From Ignavibacteria bacterium (GTDB lineage Bacteria > Bacteroidota > Ignavibacteria > Tepidaquicellales > OLB5), in the NCBI GenBank assembly GCA_020852705.1, contig JADZAP010000036.1, positions 31,045-95,044 of the forward strand: DNA of 64,000 nucleotides, read 5' to 3'. The position numbers were made by a program, and so were the translations under genes. The notes below the pieces were generated by a model. That model saw only the letters and a program-made list of their open reading frames with translations. It did no database searches and was not told the origin of the DNA. Of this stretch, positions 30,273 through 39,819 are shown piece after piece (within the stretch, counting starts at the first letter, position 1; every line of letters begins with the position of its first letter).

Positions 30273-30587
30273 ATGTTCCTGTGTCAATGGTCACTTGATA
30301 TAAAGTTCGGTAAGCTTTCCGAAGCTTTGCAAATTATTAACAATTGGGGAGCTGAAAAAATGAATTCCTCAAACTTTAAAAAAGCAACAGGATGCAGAGT
30401 TTATACCGGTTATATTGGTGAAACTGCTGCACATATTGTTGATGAATATGTATTTGAACATCTGGAAGATTTTGAAATAGCTTTAAACGATATGTCTCAG
30501 CAGCAATTCAAAACTTTTGCCCAACAAATGGCAGAAGTTATTATACCGGGGACTCAAAAATGGCACATTTTTAAAATAATTAAATAA
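30273..30587 (+). CDS. small hypothetical protein (dimeric alpha/beta-barrel, NIPSNAP-like, suspected)
   Basis: 104 aa. AGGGAG Shine-Dalgarno 6 nt upstream. Pattern similar to the 98-aa ORF at 37535..37831. Confidence 0.5.
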   Translation: MFLCQWSLDIKFGKLSEALQIINNWGAEKMNSSNFKKATGCRVYTGYIGETAAHIVDEYVFEHLEDFEIALNDMSQQQFKTFAQQMAEVIIPGTQKWHIFKIIK

Positions 30588-30669
30588 TGTAGTAGCCGTA
30601 AATGACTACCATAAATTAGCTACTCTGGTTATGGTATTTATCTCTTTCCTGTAGCATATTTGTATCGGG

Positions 30670-31137
30670 ATGAGATATGTAACAACAATACTATTTATTG
30701 TGCTTATTGCATTTATTGCATGTGACCCTGCAATAGACGTTAATCGCACGGGAGATAAACTCTCAGGATATGTTACTCATATTGATTCTACATTATTTAT
30801 GCAAGGCGGATTTTATTCGATTTCAATTTATAATGCTGATAGCACCAATCCGTTTAACAGAGTACCTGTAAGAACTGACTCATTGAATCTTAAACGCAGA
30901 GATTGGATTTGGGAAACAACTTATGATATGAATAACATTGCACCAGGAAGATATTACATAGCGGCAACATGGTCTAAATTTCCGAGAGTACAAAACGAAA
31001 TTCCTATTGTACTTGGGACTTATGGTTGTGATACCTCTTACAGCTGTATTGATTATAAAATTGTTGAATATCCAAACTATCAGGGACAATTTAGAAATAT
31101 AAAAGCATGGACTAATCCTGCAAAAAGATTATTCTGA
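30670..31137 (+). CDS. hypothetical lipoprotein
   Basis: 155 aa. Lipobox-like LIAFIAC after a hydrophobic N-terminus. Confidence 0.6.
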   Translation: MRYVTTILFIVLIAFIACDPAIDVNRTGDKLSGYVTHIDSTLFMQGGFYSISIYNADSTNPFNRVPVRTDSLNLKRRDWIWETTYDMNNIAPGRYYIAATWSKFPRVQNEIPIVLGTYGCDTSYSCIDYKIVEYPNYQGQFRNIKAWTNPAKRLF

Positions 31138-31318
31138 TAATTTTTTAAAAGATTTCATTTTGAGCGGGTATCATCTTTTTTATTTAAATTAATATTCCTG
31201 GTTTTTTATTGTAAAATAATAGCTTAATGCAGTTATAAACAGGTTTAATTCAGTAATTTTTGAATCTTAAATGAAATATAAAATTTTATTAATTATTTGA
31301 GAATTAAAAAAATAAAAT

Positions 31319-32833
31319 CTATTGTTTTTTATTAATTAAAACTTCCATAAAAGGTTTATTGGTTATTTTACTTTCTAACCAGCTGATAATATCAAAATCT
31401 TCAAAAGCAGCTCTTTCATTTTCATCTTCTGAAATAGATTTTAATTTTTTCTGAACCCATTGAAAATTATCATTTAATTCTTTAATGGTATAATTTTTTA
31501 CAAGATTTTTAATAAAATGAATAATAATTTTTTCATATTCAAATAATCTTTTTTTTCTGATTAAGTATCTGTATGTAGATATTAATTTATATTCTAACAA
31601 ATCATAATTGCCCAGTTCAAAATGAATAATCAGGTTGAGTATCAATACCATAGTAACTGCCTTGTAGCTAATTATTTTGTCTTTTTCATCAAGGGCAATA
31701 TTGTTCCATTTTAGACTGTTTTCTATATTACCGCAAATAAATTCACTGTATGCTGCATTAGAAGCAAGAAAAAAATATTCCGTTACTTTTGTGTACTCAG
31801 TTAATTCATTTTGAATTATTTTATCCAATTCCAGCAATAAAGCCGAATTTGCTAGATACCTGAATTTTTTAATATTAAATAAGATTTCAGAATTATATGA
31901 ATCAATAAACCGTCCCGGGATTTTTTTCCTGTCCGGATAAATTGATTGCCTGTATCTGTGGATAGTTTCTGTAAACTCTTTTTCCTTTTTAGGAAAGTAT
32001 TTCAACAGTAATAAATGTGAACCTAGCATTGTTCTGCATCTTGACCTCATTGATGGTTTTGATATATCTATATCTATTATCAAATTTACTCCATTAATCG
32101 AAAATTTATATGCCTTATTAAAATTTCCTAATGCAAGGTAACATAAATGATTGGTTAAATAAAAATAACATTTAGAATCAATTGTTTTTGCAAGACTTAT
32201 ATCTGACAATAATTTATTATTTAAAATATCTGTTACTTCTTTTTTATCATTTTCAGTCCTTACCGATCCCTTCATGTTCATAAATTTGATTATCTTTGTT
32301 CCTAGTTTAAAATAATCCATTTGATTTATCATACTTGTTAAAATCTCATATTCAGTTTCAGCTATTTTCTCCATGAAATCTTCTCGCTCAACTGGGTTCG
32401 TTATCAGTGTCTTTAATGATGACATTTGATTAAGGATTAAAAGAGAATAATGATGTTTTTCTGAATCTTCAGCAGTTTTATATAGTTTTTCAATTAATTT
32501 TTTTGATTGATCCAATAAACCCTTTCCTGTAAGAAACTCAATTCTTGAAAGTTGATTGCGAATTTGAGCATCCTCAGATTTATTTGATAATTTAATTGAT
32601 AGTTTTTCTAGAATTTCATTATACAGATAAATTTTATTATATGAATAATTTTTGATAAAATTTAATTTACTGAATTTTATTTTGAACTTTTTTTCATTGT
32701 ATTCAATTTCAGAATCAAGCGCATCAAATAATTGACTATAAATGCTGCCTTCTTCCGAATTCATTTTAAAGTATCTCTTTTCCTGACTGGTTAAAGATTT
32801 TATAAGTTGAAATAATTGAGTTGATTCTTTCAT
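31319..32833 (-). CDS. uncharacterised ~500-aa all-helical (TPR-like) protein, family member P1 (subfamily A)
   Basis: 504 aa. Shares LFQLIKSLTSQEKRYFK at the N-terminus and GNYDLLEYKL..RYL plus FD..SWLESKI at the C-terminus with 56966..58507. Confidence 0.75.
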   Translation of the reverse strand: MKESTQLFQLIKSLTSQEKRYFKMNSEEGSIYSQLFDALDSEIEYNEKKFKIKFSKLNFIKNYSYNKIYLYNEILEKLSIKLSNKSEDAQIRNQLSRIEFLTGKGLLDQSKKLIEKLYKTAEDSEKHHYSLLILNQMSSLKTLITNPVEREDFMEKIAETEYEILTSMINQMDYFKLGTKIIKFMNMKGSVRTENDKKEVTDILNNKLLSDISLAKTIDSKCYFYLTNHLCYLALGNFNKAYKFSINGVNLIIDIDISKPSMRSRCRTMLGSHLLLLKYFPKKEKEFTETIHRYRQSIYPDRKKIPGRFIDSYNSEILFNIKKFRYLANSALLLELDKIIQNELTEYTKVTEYFFLASNAAYSEFICGNIENSLKWNNIALDEKDKIISYKAVTMVLILNLIIHFELGNYDLLEYKLISTYRYLIRKKRLFEYEKIIIHFIKNLVKNYTIKELNDNFQWVQKKLKSISEDENERAAFEDFDIISWLESKITNKPFMEVLINKKQ

Positions 32834-32924
32834 AAACCTAATTTGATTTTAATAAATTATGCGAAAATATGAAAAAAATAACAAAATTTTAGATAATATA
32901 TTTCTCATAAACCAAATATAAATA

Positions 32925-32932
32925 TAAATTTG
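32925..32932 (+). promoter_or_regulatory. candidate -7 promoter box TAnnTTTG (TAAATTTG)
   Basis: Exact match 62 nt upstream of ATG 32994. Confidence 0.25.
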
Positions 32933-32993
32933 ATTTGAATGTACTTAAATTATTTATGAGATTTGAAACAATTATCAATTTAATCTAAAAAAA

Positions 32994-34217
32994 ATGAAAA
33001 AGGTAATTTTTATACTTCTATTATTTCATGGTTATATTTTTTCACAAAATGCTTGGATATTAAAACCTTCATTAACAACAGAAAATTTAAATGATGTAGA
33101 TTACGGAAGCTTTGATACCTGGTATATTTGTGCAGATGCAGCAAAGATACTCAAATCAACAGATAATGGTGAATCGTGGCAGGTTTTATCTACGCCGGTT
33201 TCACAGCATTTATGGGCTGTTGAATTTCTGGATTACAATACAGGGTGGTCAGCGGGCTCTAATGGACAAATAATTAAAACTACTAACGGAGGTATAAGCT
33301 GGGTAGTTCAAAGTGAAGGAGTTCATCCCAGATTTTCCGGAATGGATTTTATTAATTCCAGTACGGGATTTTGTGTCGGAGATAATGGTAGAATTTGTAA
33401 AACTACCAACGGAGGGGCAATATGGTTTTCACAGCTTTCAACTACAACTGAAGATCTTTATAGTATAGTAATGGATCAGTTAAGTCTTGTTGGGTTTATT
33501 TCTGGAGCTAATGGTACTGTACTGAAAACTACAGATCATGGCGGTTCATGGACGAATATCAGCAGCGGAACTTACAACTGGAATTGTATTGATATCATTG
33601 GTTCTTCAGTTATCATTGGAGGAAGATCAGGGGTCATACCTTCTGTCAGAAAATCAACAAATTCAGGTTTTACCTGGCAGGTCTTAAATAATGATATGCA
33701 GAAGATACCAAGTGCAATATACTTTGTTCCAATTGAAACAGGATGGGTTACAGGAGATGATGGATATATTGCTAAAACCACAAATGGCGGAATGAACTGG
33801 CAAACCCAGCCAACATTTTGGAATGAAGACCTTGCAAGTATAAAATTTATAAATCAATTTACAGGAATTGCTGTCGGCAACTCGGGTCATATTTTAAAAA
33901 CTACAAACGGAGGAGAACCTCTAGCAATTACTCAAATTTCTTCAGAAATTCCTGAAAAATTTCTTTTAATGCAAAACTATCCAAATCCTTTCAACCCGGT
34001 AACAAATATTAAATTTTCTATTCCGCAAAAATCTTTTATTCAGTTGAAAATATTTAATTCTCTTGGAAAAGAGATTGAAAAACTATTAGATGGTGAATTT
34101 AATGCAGGTATGTATAAATATGATTGGGATGCAGCTAAATTTCCAGCTGGTGTTTATTTTTACAGATTAGTTTCAGAAAGTTATATTGAAACAAAAAAAA
34201 TGATTTTAATAAAATAA
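32994..34217 (+). CDS. T9SS-sorted BNR/Ycf48-like beta-propeller protein
   Basis: 407 aa with a signal peptide. Repeats STDNGESW, TTNGGISW, TTNGGAIW, TTDHGGSW, STNSGFTW, TTNGGMNW, TTNGGEP. C-terminal MQNYPNPFNPVTNIKF. Confidence 0.8.
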   Translation: MKKVIFILLLFHGYIFSQNAWILKPSLTTENLNDVDYGSFDTWYICADAAKILKSTDNGESWQVLSTPVSQHLWAVEFLDYNTGWSAGSNGQIIKTTNGGISWVVQSEGVHPRFSGMDFINSSTGFCVGDNGRICKTTNGGAIWFSQLSTTTEDLYSIVMDQLSLVGFISGANGTVLKTTDHGGSWTNISSGTYNWNCIDIIGSSVIIGGRSGVIPSVRKSTNSGFTWQVLNNDMQKIPSAIYFVPIETGWVTGDDGYIAKTTNGGMNWQTQPTFWNEDLASIKFINQFTGIAVGNSGHILKTTNGGEPLAITQISSEIPEKFLLMQNYPNPFNPVTNIKFSIPQKSFIQLKIFNSLGKEIEKLLDGEFNAGMYKYDWDAAKFPAGVYFYRLVSESYIETKKMILIK

Positions 34218-34234
34218 TTTAATAAAATATAAAT

Positions 34235-35485
34235 ATGAGCAAACAATTATTAATATTATTAATTCTGCTGAATTCACATGTGTTTTCGCAATTTGGCTGG
34301 ATGGTAAGATCCGGTGGTATAAGTCCAAATACGTTGGTAAAAGGAATATCATTTGCAGATGCTAATAATGGTATGTTGGTAGCCAGTAATTTTTCAGGAT
34401 ATAAAGTTTATCGTACTACAAACTCCGGTGCTAACTGGATAGGGCAATCATTACCAACATCAAATGGAATGTGGGCAGTTAAATATTTTAATCCATCTAC
34501 TGCTTTAATTTGCGGAGCATCAGGGAATATGTTTCGTACTGTTAATGGCGGTACTAACTGGACTCAAATTCTTGTTGGTGGTTCATTTTTTTTAACTGCT
34601 TTTAGTTTTGTAGATATGAATACAGGCTGGGTTTGCGGCGGTCCCCTTAAAATAATGAAGACTACAAATAACGGAATAAACTGGATAAGTCAATCTGAAT
34701 ATTCAACATATACATATAGTTCTATGTATATGATTAATGCAAATACGGGTTTTGCTTCAGATTATTTCCAAAGAATTGTAAAAACTACTGATAGCGGGAA
34801 TAACTGGGTAGATGTACAGGGATCTTCAGGATATTTTGAATTGTGGGGTACTTGTATGACTGATTCAAATACAGTTTATTGCTGCGGTGAGCTGGGAAAA
34901 ATTATTAAATCTACAGACCAGGGTTTAAACTGGTCTATTTACAATACATTTCTTCAAAGAAATCTATGGGCAATACACTTTGTAAATTACTATACTGGTT
35001 ATTGTGTCGGTGATAGCTCTCTAATCCTCCGTACTTCAAATGCAGGTTTAAACTGGTCTGTTCTTCCTGTTCCTCCTTCAGATAATTATTCAAGCTCCGC
35101 ATTAACATGTATTTCATTCATTAATGAATATACCGGTTATGTAGCTGGTAATGATGGGACTGTTTTTTTTACAAATTCAGGTGGTTTAACATCAGTTGAA
35201 TCTATTAGTTCTATTTTTCCTGATGAGTTTGAATTAAAACAAAATTATCCAAACCCTTTTAATCCGGAAACAAATATTGAGTTTTCAGTTAAAGAAAGTG
35301 GAAATGTAAAGTTGATTATATATGATGTTAATGGAAATGAAATATATCTGCCTTTAAATCAACAGTTACAACCGGGTACATATAATGTAAAATGGAATGC
35401 CGCTTCATATTCAAGCGGAGTTTATTTTTATAGACTTATTACTAAATCAATAAACATAACAAAAAAAATGATCTATATAAAATAA
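34235..35485 (+). CDS. T9SS-sorted BNR/Ycf48-like beta-propeller protein
   Basis: 416 aa with a signal peptide. Repeats TTNSGANW, TVNGGTNW, TTNNGINW, TTDSGNNW, STDQGLNW, TSNAGLNW. C-terminal KQNYPNPFNPETNIEF. Confidence 0.8.
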   Translation: MSKQLLILLILLNSHVFSQFGWMVRSGGISPNTLVKGISFADANNGMLVASNFSGYKVYRTTNSGANWIGQSLPTSNGMWAVKYFNPSTALICGASGNMFRTVNGGTNWTQILVGGSFFLTAFSFVDMNTGWVCGGPLKIMKTTNNGINWISQSEYSTYTYSSMYMINANTGFASDYFQRIVKTTDSGNNWVDVQGSSGYFELWGTCMTDSNTVYCCGELGKIIKSTDQGLNWSIYNTFLQRNLWAIHFVNYYTGYCVGDSSLILRTSNAGLNWSVLPVPPSDNYSSSALTCISFINEYTGYVAGNDGTVFFTNSGGLTSVESISSIFPDEFELKQNYPNPFNPETNIEFSVKESGNVKLIIYDVNGNEIYLPLNQQLQPGTYNVKWNAASYSSGVYFYRLITKSINITKKMIYIK

Positions 35486-35551
35486 ATATTGAATTTCAAA
35501 TTAATTAAAATTAATCTATTGTATATAACAATTAATTCTTTTAATAAAGCC

Positions 35552-35575
35552 AAAGGAGGGTTTGCCCTCCTTTTT
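35552..35575. terminator. bidirectional intrinsic terminator between convergent genes
   Basis: aaa-ggaggg-tttg-ccctcc-ttttt. Confidence 0.75.
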
Positions 35576-35626
35576 AATTTGTAATTTTATCTGCATTATC
35601 AATTAAATCAAATTTTATCTATTTAA

Positions 35627-36406
35627 TCATGCCGCATTAAAAAAACACTTAAATGAATTTTTTAATATGTATTTACCTTTATTATTTTTATAAGGTTTAA
35701 TTGCAGTACTAATTGTTTCAGTTATTTTTTCAATTCCTGCATTGTTAATTGCTAATTGTATTACACCTGCTGATAAGATTGCCTTTAATGCAGTTTCTTC
35801 ATTTTCAAATCTCCAATAACAATCTACTGCATCAGTGGAAATATGCTGAATACCTGCATTTGAAATCATTCCTTCCATCTCTCCATCAATAAATAAAGGT
35901 TTTTTGTTATTGTGAAATGGAGGGGGAGGCATGTATGGAGCAAGTGCAGAAAAAATTGATGTAGCATCACATTTATCGGGATTGTTCCAAATGACAATTA
36001 TAATCATTCCCCCTTGCTTTGTAACTTTTAATGCTTCTGATAAAGAATTTTGAATACTTTCAGCATATTGAAATGAATTGAATGCGCAAACTATATCAAA
36101 ATATTTTTCTGGAAACGGTAGATTTTCCATATCACCGCATATAAACTCAACTTTTGGCAGCCGTTCTTTTGCTATTTCAATAAGGTTTTTGCTGGCATCA
36201 AAACCGGTAGTTAAAAAGCCGTTATCATTTGCAATTCTGCAAAATTTACCTGCTCCGCAGCCAATATCTAATAATTTTCTATTGTTACCCTGACCCAGTT
36301 TTTTTTGTATGTAATTAAACAAGTCATCTGATGTACTTTCTCCATAATCAGCCCAGTCAAGTGCCCTGCTTCCCCATAAATTTCCTTGTATTTCTGCTGT
36401 TCCCAT
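35627..36406 (-). CDS. class I SAM-dependent methyltransferase
   Basis: 259 aa. Motif I LLDIGCGAGKF and a post-I acidic residue (GFD). Confidence 0.85.
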   Translation of the reverse strand: MGTAEIQGNLWGSRALDWADYGESTSDDLFNYIQKKLGQGNNRKLLDIGCGAGKFCRIANDNGFLTTGFDASKNLIEIAKERLPKVEFICGDMENLPFPEKYFDIVCAFNSFQYAESIQNSLSEALKVTKQGGMIIIVIWNNPDKCDATSIFSALAPYMPPPPFHNNKKPLFIDGEMEGMISNAGIQHISTDAVDCYWRFENEETALKAILSAGVIQLAINNAGIEKITETISTAIKPYKNNKGKYILKNSFKCFFNAA

Positions 36407-36419
36407 TTTTATTTATTTT

Positions 36420-36791
36420 TTATTTATACGGATGTTCTTTTAATTCAACAATAAGGAATTTAACTGTTTTGTCACCAATATTCTCTGTTTCATGAGGTTT
36501 TTCAGGGTCTGCATACAAATAATCTCCGGTTTTAAGCTCCACCATTTCACTTGATCCGTCAGTATAATAAACTTTCAGTTTGCCCCCGGTTAGCGCATAT
36601 ACAAAACTGGCAGGGTGAGTGTGAACATGGCTTTTTTCTCCCGGGTTAATTATCGCTATTGTTGATCTGACCAGGGTTGTATCAACTAAAATATTGTTCA
36701 TTTTAGGATCAGTATCAGCCCAGTTTTGTGAAAATATTTTTCCGGATATTATTAATATCAGGAAAGTAATTATTAATGCAAAATATTTCAT
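36420..36791 (-). CDS. secreted cupin-domain protein
   Basis: 123 aa with a signal peptide. Cupin motifs GEKSHVHTHP and GDYLYADPEKPHETEN. Confidence 0.75.
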   Translation of the reverse strand: MKYFALIITFLILIISGKIFSQNWADTDPKMNNILVDTTLVRSTIAIINPGEKSHVHTHPASFVYALTGGKLKVYYTDGSSEMVELKTGDYLYADPEKPHETENIGDKTVKFLIVELKEHPYK

Positions 36792-36814
36792 AGATATTCC
36801 TTCCTCTTGAAATT

Positions 36815-37078
36815 TTAATTTAATTCATCATGAAATTCCTGAATTTTTTCAGGTGTAAATCTGGAAATCTTTATAACTCTTGCTTTATTCCTTAAAAAGA
36901 CCGGAACAGAATAAAGTGCCTGTTCCTCGTTTTCTGCTTCTACAATTGCCCAGCCCATGCAAACACCGCTTTCGCATCCCCAGTCAAAATGGGTTATATG
37001 TCCGTGAATTACAAATTCATCTAGTACATGCAGGCAATCTTCTCGGTTATGAGATGTCTCTACCAAATATCTGTTCAT
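36815..37078 (-). CDS. small hypothetical Cys/His-containing protein
   Basis: 87-aa ORF inside a tightly packed same-strand operon. No recognisable motif. Confidence 0.5.
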   Translation of the reverse strand: MNRYLVETSHNREDCLHVLDEFVIHGHITHFDWGCESGVCMGWAIVEAENEEQALYSVPVFLRNKARVIKISRFTPEKIQEFHDELN

Positions 37079-37102
37079 ATAAAATTTTCCTCTCTAATAT
37101 TT

Positions 37103-37498
37103 TTATTTAGATTTTGCGTAATCCATCATTCCCTGAAAATCTACCAATACAACAGGTTCATTTCCAACAACCCATGCATCATGACCTGATGGCAGCAACG
37201 ATACATCACCGGGCTTACAATCAAACTCAGAACCATCATCCATTTTAATTCTTAAAGTGCCTGTAATATGATACTGAAAGTGCGGTGCTTCACAGCTATG
37301 GGTTTTAGCAATCGGTTTTACTGATTCTGACCATTTCCATCCCGGTTCAAATGTTGCCCTGCCAATTGTTATTTCTCCAAACTGAATTAATTCTAATTTT
37401 CCTAATGGGAATTCACGTACATCATTAGAATTTTTAAAGTTTTTAACTAATGCATCAGTAATTGACTCAACCTGCGAAATTTTATTGTTTGTATTCAT
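37103..37498 (-). CDS. cupin-domain protein
   Basis: 131 aa. HSCEAPHFQYHITG...GDVSLLPSGHDAWV is a cupin-like two-motif pattern. Confidence 0.7.
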   Translation of the reverse strand: MNTNNKISQVESITDALVKNFKNSNDVREFPLGKLELIQFGEITIGRATFEPGWKWSESVKPIAKTHSCEAPHFQYHITGTLRIKMDDGSEFDCKPGDVSLLPSGHDAWVVGNEPVVLVDFQGMMDYAKSK

Positions 37499-37534
37499 TT
37501 TATATTAAATTTTGTATATAGTTATTTAATTTGT

Positions 37535-37831
37535 TTATATAATATTCAAAATTTCACGATATGCGTTTTTTACTAAAGGTGTAAATTTTGCATACCATTT
37601 TTGCCATTCTTTATCACCTAAACCTCGTTTCATTGCATTTTCCCATTCTGCTAATGATCCCCACTCACTTTCAAGTACAAGTGTATATGAATGAGCAGTA
37701 ACAAGATCTGTTAATGCACGGCTATTTTTAAATCCGAATTTTTTATTTAAGGATTCAACTTCACCTATCAATGCTTTTGCTTCTTTTGCTTTGCCAAAAT
37801 GAAGATAAAATATATCTCTTACTAATATCAT
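37535..37831 (-). CDS. small hypothetical protein (NIPSNAP/dimeric alpha-beta-barrel-like)
   Basis: 98 aa. It resembles 30273..30587 in length and pattern. Confidence 0.5.
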   Translation of the reverse strand: MILVRDIFYLHFGKAKEAKALIGEVESLNKKFGFKNSRALTDLVTAHSYTLVLESEWGSLAEWENAMKRGLGDKEWQKWYAKFTPLVKNAYREILNII

Positions 37832-37833
37832 TT

Positions 37834-38037
37834 TTATGTTCCTTTATTTAATTGGTTTTTAGATGTTTTTATCATTATTTTAATTTGTTTTCTAAGCTCG
37901 GGAGTATTTTTATGTCCGGAAACTTCTGTTAAATATTTTAATGCTGTATCAAATACTTCTCTGAATTTTCCCGAAATTTTTAAACTGATATTTTCTTCTC
38001 CCGGAAACCTGCTGAGATCTATTAAGCTTTTCTGCAT
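37834..38037 (-). CDS. small ribbon-helix-helix-like protein, first gene of the operon (S1)
   Basis: 67 aa. KSLIDLS...ISLKISGKFREVFDTALKYL parallels KSIDDLS...YRLKPETHALVDALSIKI in the 85-aa ORF at 54734. A strand-helix-helix pattern is plausible. Confidence 0.45.
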   Translation of the reverse strand: MQKSLIDLSRFPGEENISLKISGKFREVFDTALKYLTEVSGHKNTPELRKQIKIMIKTSKNQLNKGT

Positions 38038-38263
38038 ATAATTTGAATTGCTGCAAATTAACCTTTAAACAATTTCCCTGCAAAGAAAATTTTATGAAAT
38101 TGTTATATTGAAATTATCTGAAAAAGGTTAATAATGTAAAATAAAAACAGTAAAAATACTCATTTTTAAGCTGTTTTTGAAAGAAAATATTTATTTAATT
38201 GTAAATTAAAATTGATTGATATATTAGTGACAAATATATATTTTAAACTATAATCTGTATGAT

Positions 38264-39736
38264 ATGCTTAAAAATAAAGCAATTGAAATATTAAGAACTT
38301 TTAATGATACAGAACTTAAACAGTTCACTGAATTTGTAAATTCACCTTTTCATAATAAAAGCAGCAAATCAAAAAAATTATTAGATTTATTAAAAAATTT
38401 TGCACCTTCCTACGATGATAAAAAACTTTCCAAAGAATACATTTACTCAAAGCTCTACCCCGGTAAAAAATATAATGATGTTGTTTTAAGAATATTATTT
38501 TCAGACCTGCTAAAGCTCTCAGAAGAATATCTCTCATATAAGAATTTTGTGAAGTCTGAATTTAATGTTCAGCTGCATTTACTTGAAGAGCTGAAGGATA
38601 GGAAACTATTTGCACTCTTTACTAATCTTTGCAGGTCTATTGAAAAGACCTTTGTATTTAAGGGAAATATAAATCCTGACCTGTATTATAACCTGTTCAG
38701 ATTAAGTTCTATTAAAATGGATTTTAAAGTTGAATCAGAAAAACAGGTTGAATCTGAAAATGAGATACTTGAAAAAGCAAATAGCTTAACTTACTTTTTC
38801 CTTTCTCAATCATTGGGAATTTTGCAGGAGATTTGGGAGCAAGGAGATGTATTAAACAAAAAATTCAGCCGTAACTTTCTGGAAAAATTTTTAACATCCT
38901 CCGATATAAACGACCTATTTAATTATTTAAATTCAGAAAATAATACAATTGTTAATTCTGTAAAGATTTATCTACAGCTGTATTTATGTTCTCAAGACCT
39001 GAATTCAGATGAAAAATTTAAGGAATTATTTAAATCTTTAAAGGAAAATATAAATCTTTTTGATAATGCTGAAAAATATAATATCCTTATTGCTGCTGAA
39101 AGCTGCGCTATTTCAAGAACTAGCATTAATAATAAAACGGGGTATAATGACCTGATGGAAATTTATCATTTGCTTCTTGAGCAAGAAGTTATAAAAAAGC
39201 AAACTAACCGCATTATGCAGATGAATCTTTTCAGGAATATATTTTATACAGCCGTTATTCTTAAAAAATACACTTTTGCACAGCAGTTTATTAAAGATTA
39301 CAGCAAATATCTGGATAAGAGCCAAAGAGAAAACATGGAATACTTTACCTCATCAGTTTTATGCTTTGAACAAAAATTATTTGATGATGCAATGATTTCA
39401 ATTTCAAAAATTAAACAAAGTATGTTTGTATATAAATTTGATACAAGAGTTTTACAGATTAAAATATATTATGAAACGGGCTCTTTTGAACTTATCCCTT
39501 CTGTAATTGATTCATTCACGCATTTTCTTAAAAATAACAAAATTGTTGCAAAAGACTATAAAATTAGATTCAATAAATTTCTTAAATATACAGGATATCT
39601 TGTAAAAAACAGACTTGATAATGATGGCAAGAATAATGAATCAATAAATGTTATATTTAATAAACTAAAAAAAGAAGATCAAATTGTAAATTACAATTGG
39701 CTGCTGAGTAAATATAATGAATATTTGGATATTTGA
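38264..39736 (+). CDS. uncharacterised ~500-aa all-helical protein, family member P2 (subfamily B)
   Basis: 490 aa. N-terminus ILRTFNDTELKQFTEFVNSPFHN and C-terminus LQIKIYYETGSFE...DSFTHFLKNNK match 53041..54528. Confidence 0.75.
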   Translation: MLKNKAIEILRTFNDTELKQFTEFVNSPFHNKSSKSKKLLDLLKNFAPSYDDKKLSKEYIYSKLYPGKKYNDVVLRILFSDLLKLSEEYLSYKNFVKSEFNVQLHLLEELKDRKLFALFTNLCRSIEKTFVFKGNINPDLYYNLFRLSSIKMDFKVESEKQVESENEILEKANSLTYFFLSQSLGILQEIWEQGDVLNKKFSRNFLEKFLTSSDINDLFNYLNSENNTIVNSVKIYLQLYLCSQDLNSDEKFKELFKSLKENINLFDNAEKYNILIAAESCAISRTSINNKTGYNDLMEIYHLLLEQEVIKKQTNRIMQMNLFRNIFYTAVILKKYTFAQQFIKDYSKYLDKSQRENMEYFTSSVLCFEQKLFDDAMISISKIKQSMFVYKFDTRVLQIKIYYETGSFELIPSVIDSFTHFLKNNKIVAKDYKIRFNKFLKYTGYLVKNRLDNDGKNNESINVIFNKLKKEDQIVNYNWLLSKYNEYLDI

Positions 39737-39819
39737 ATAATTTCATTAGATATTTTTTACATTACTATACTAATAAAGATAATTAAATGCTGTAATATCA
39801 ATAATATACACAAAATATT

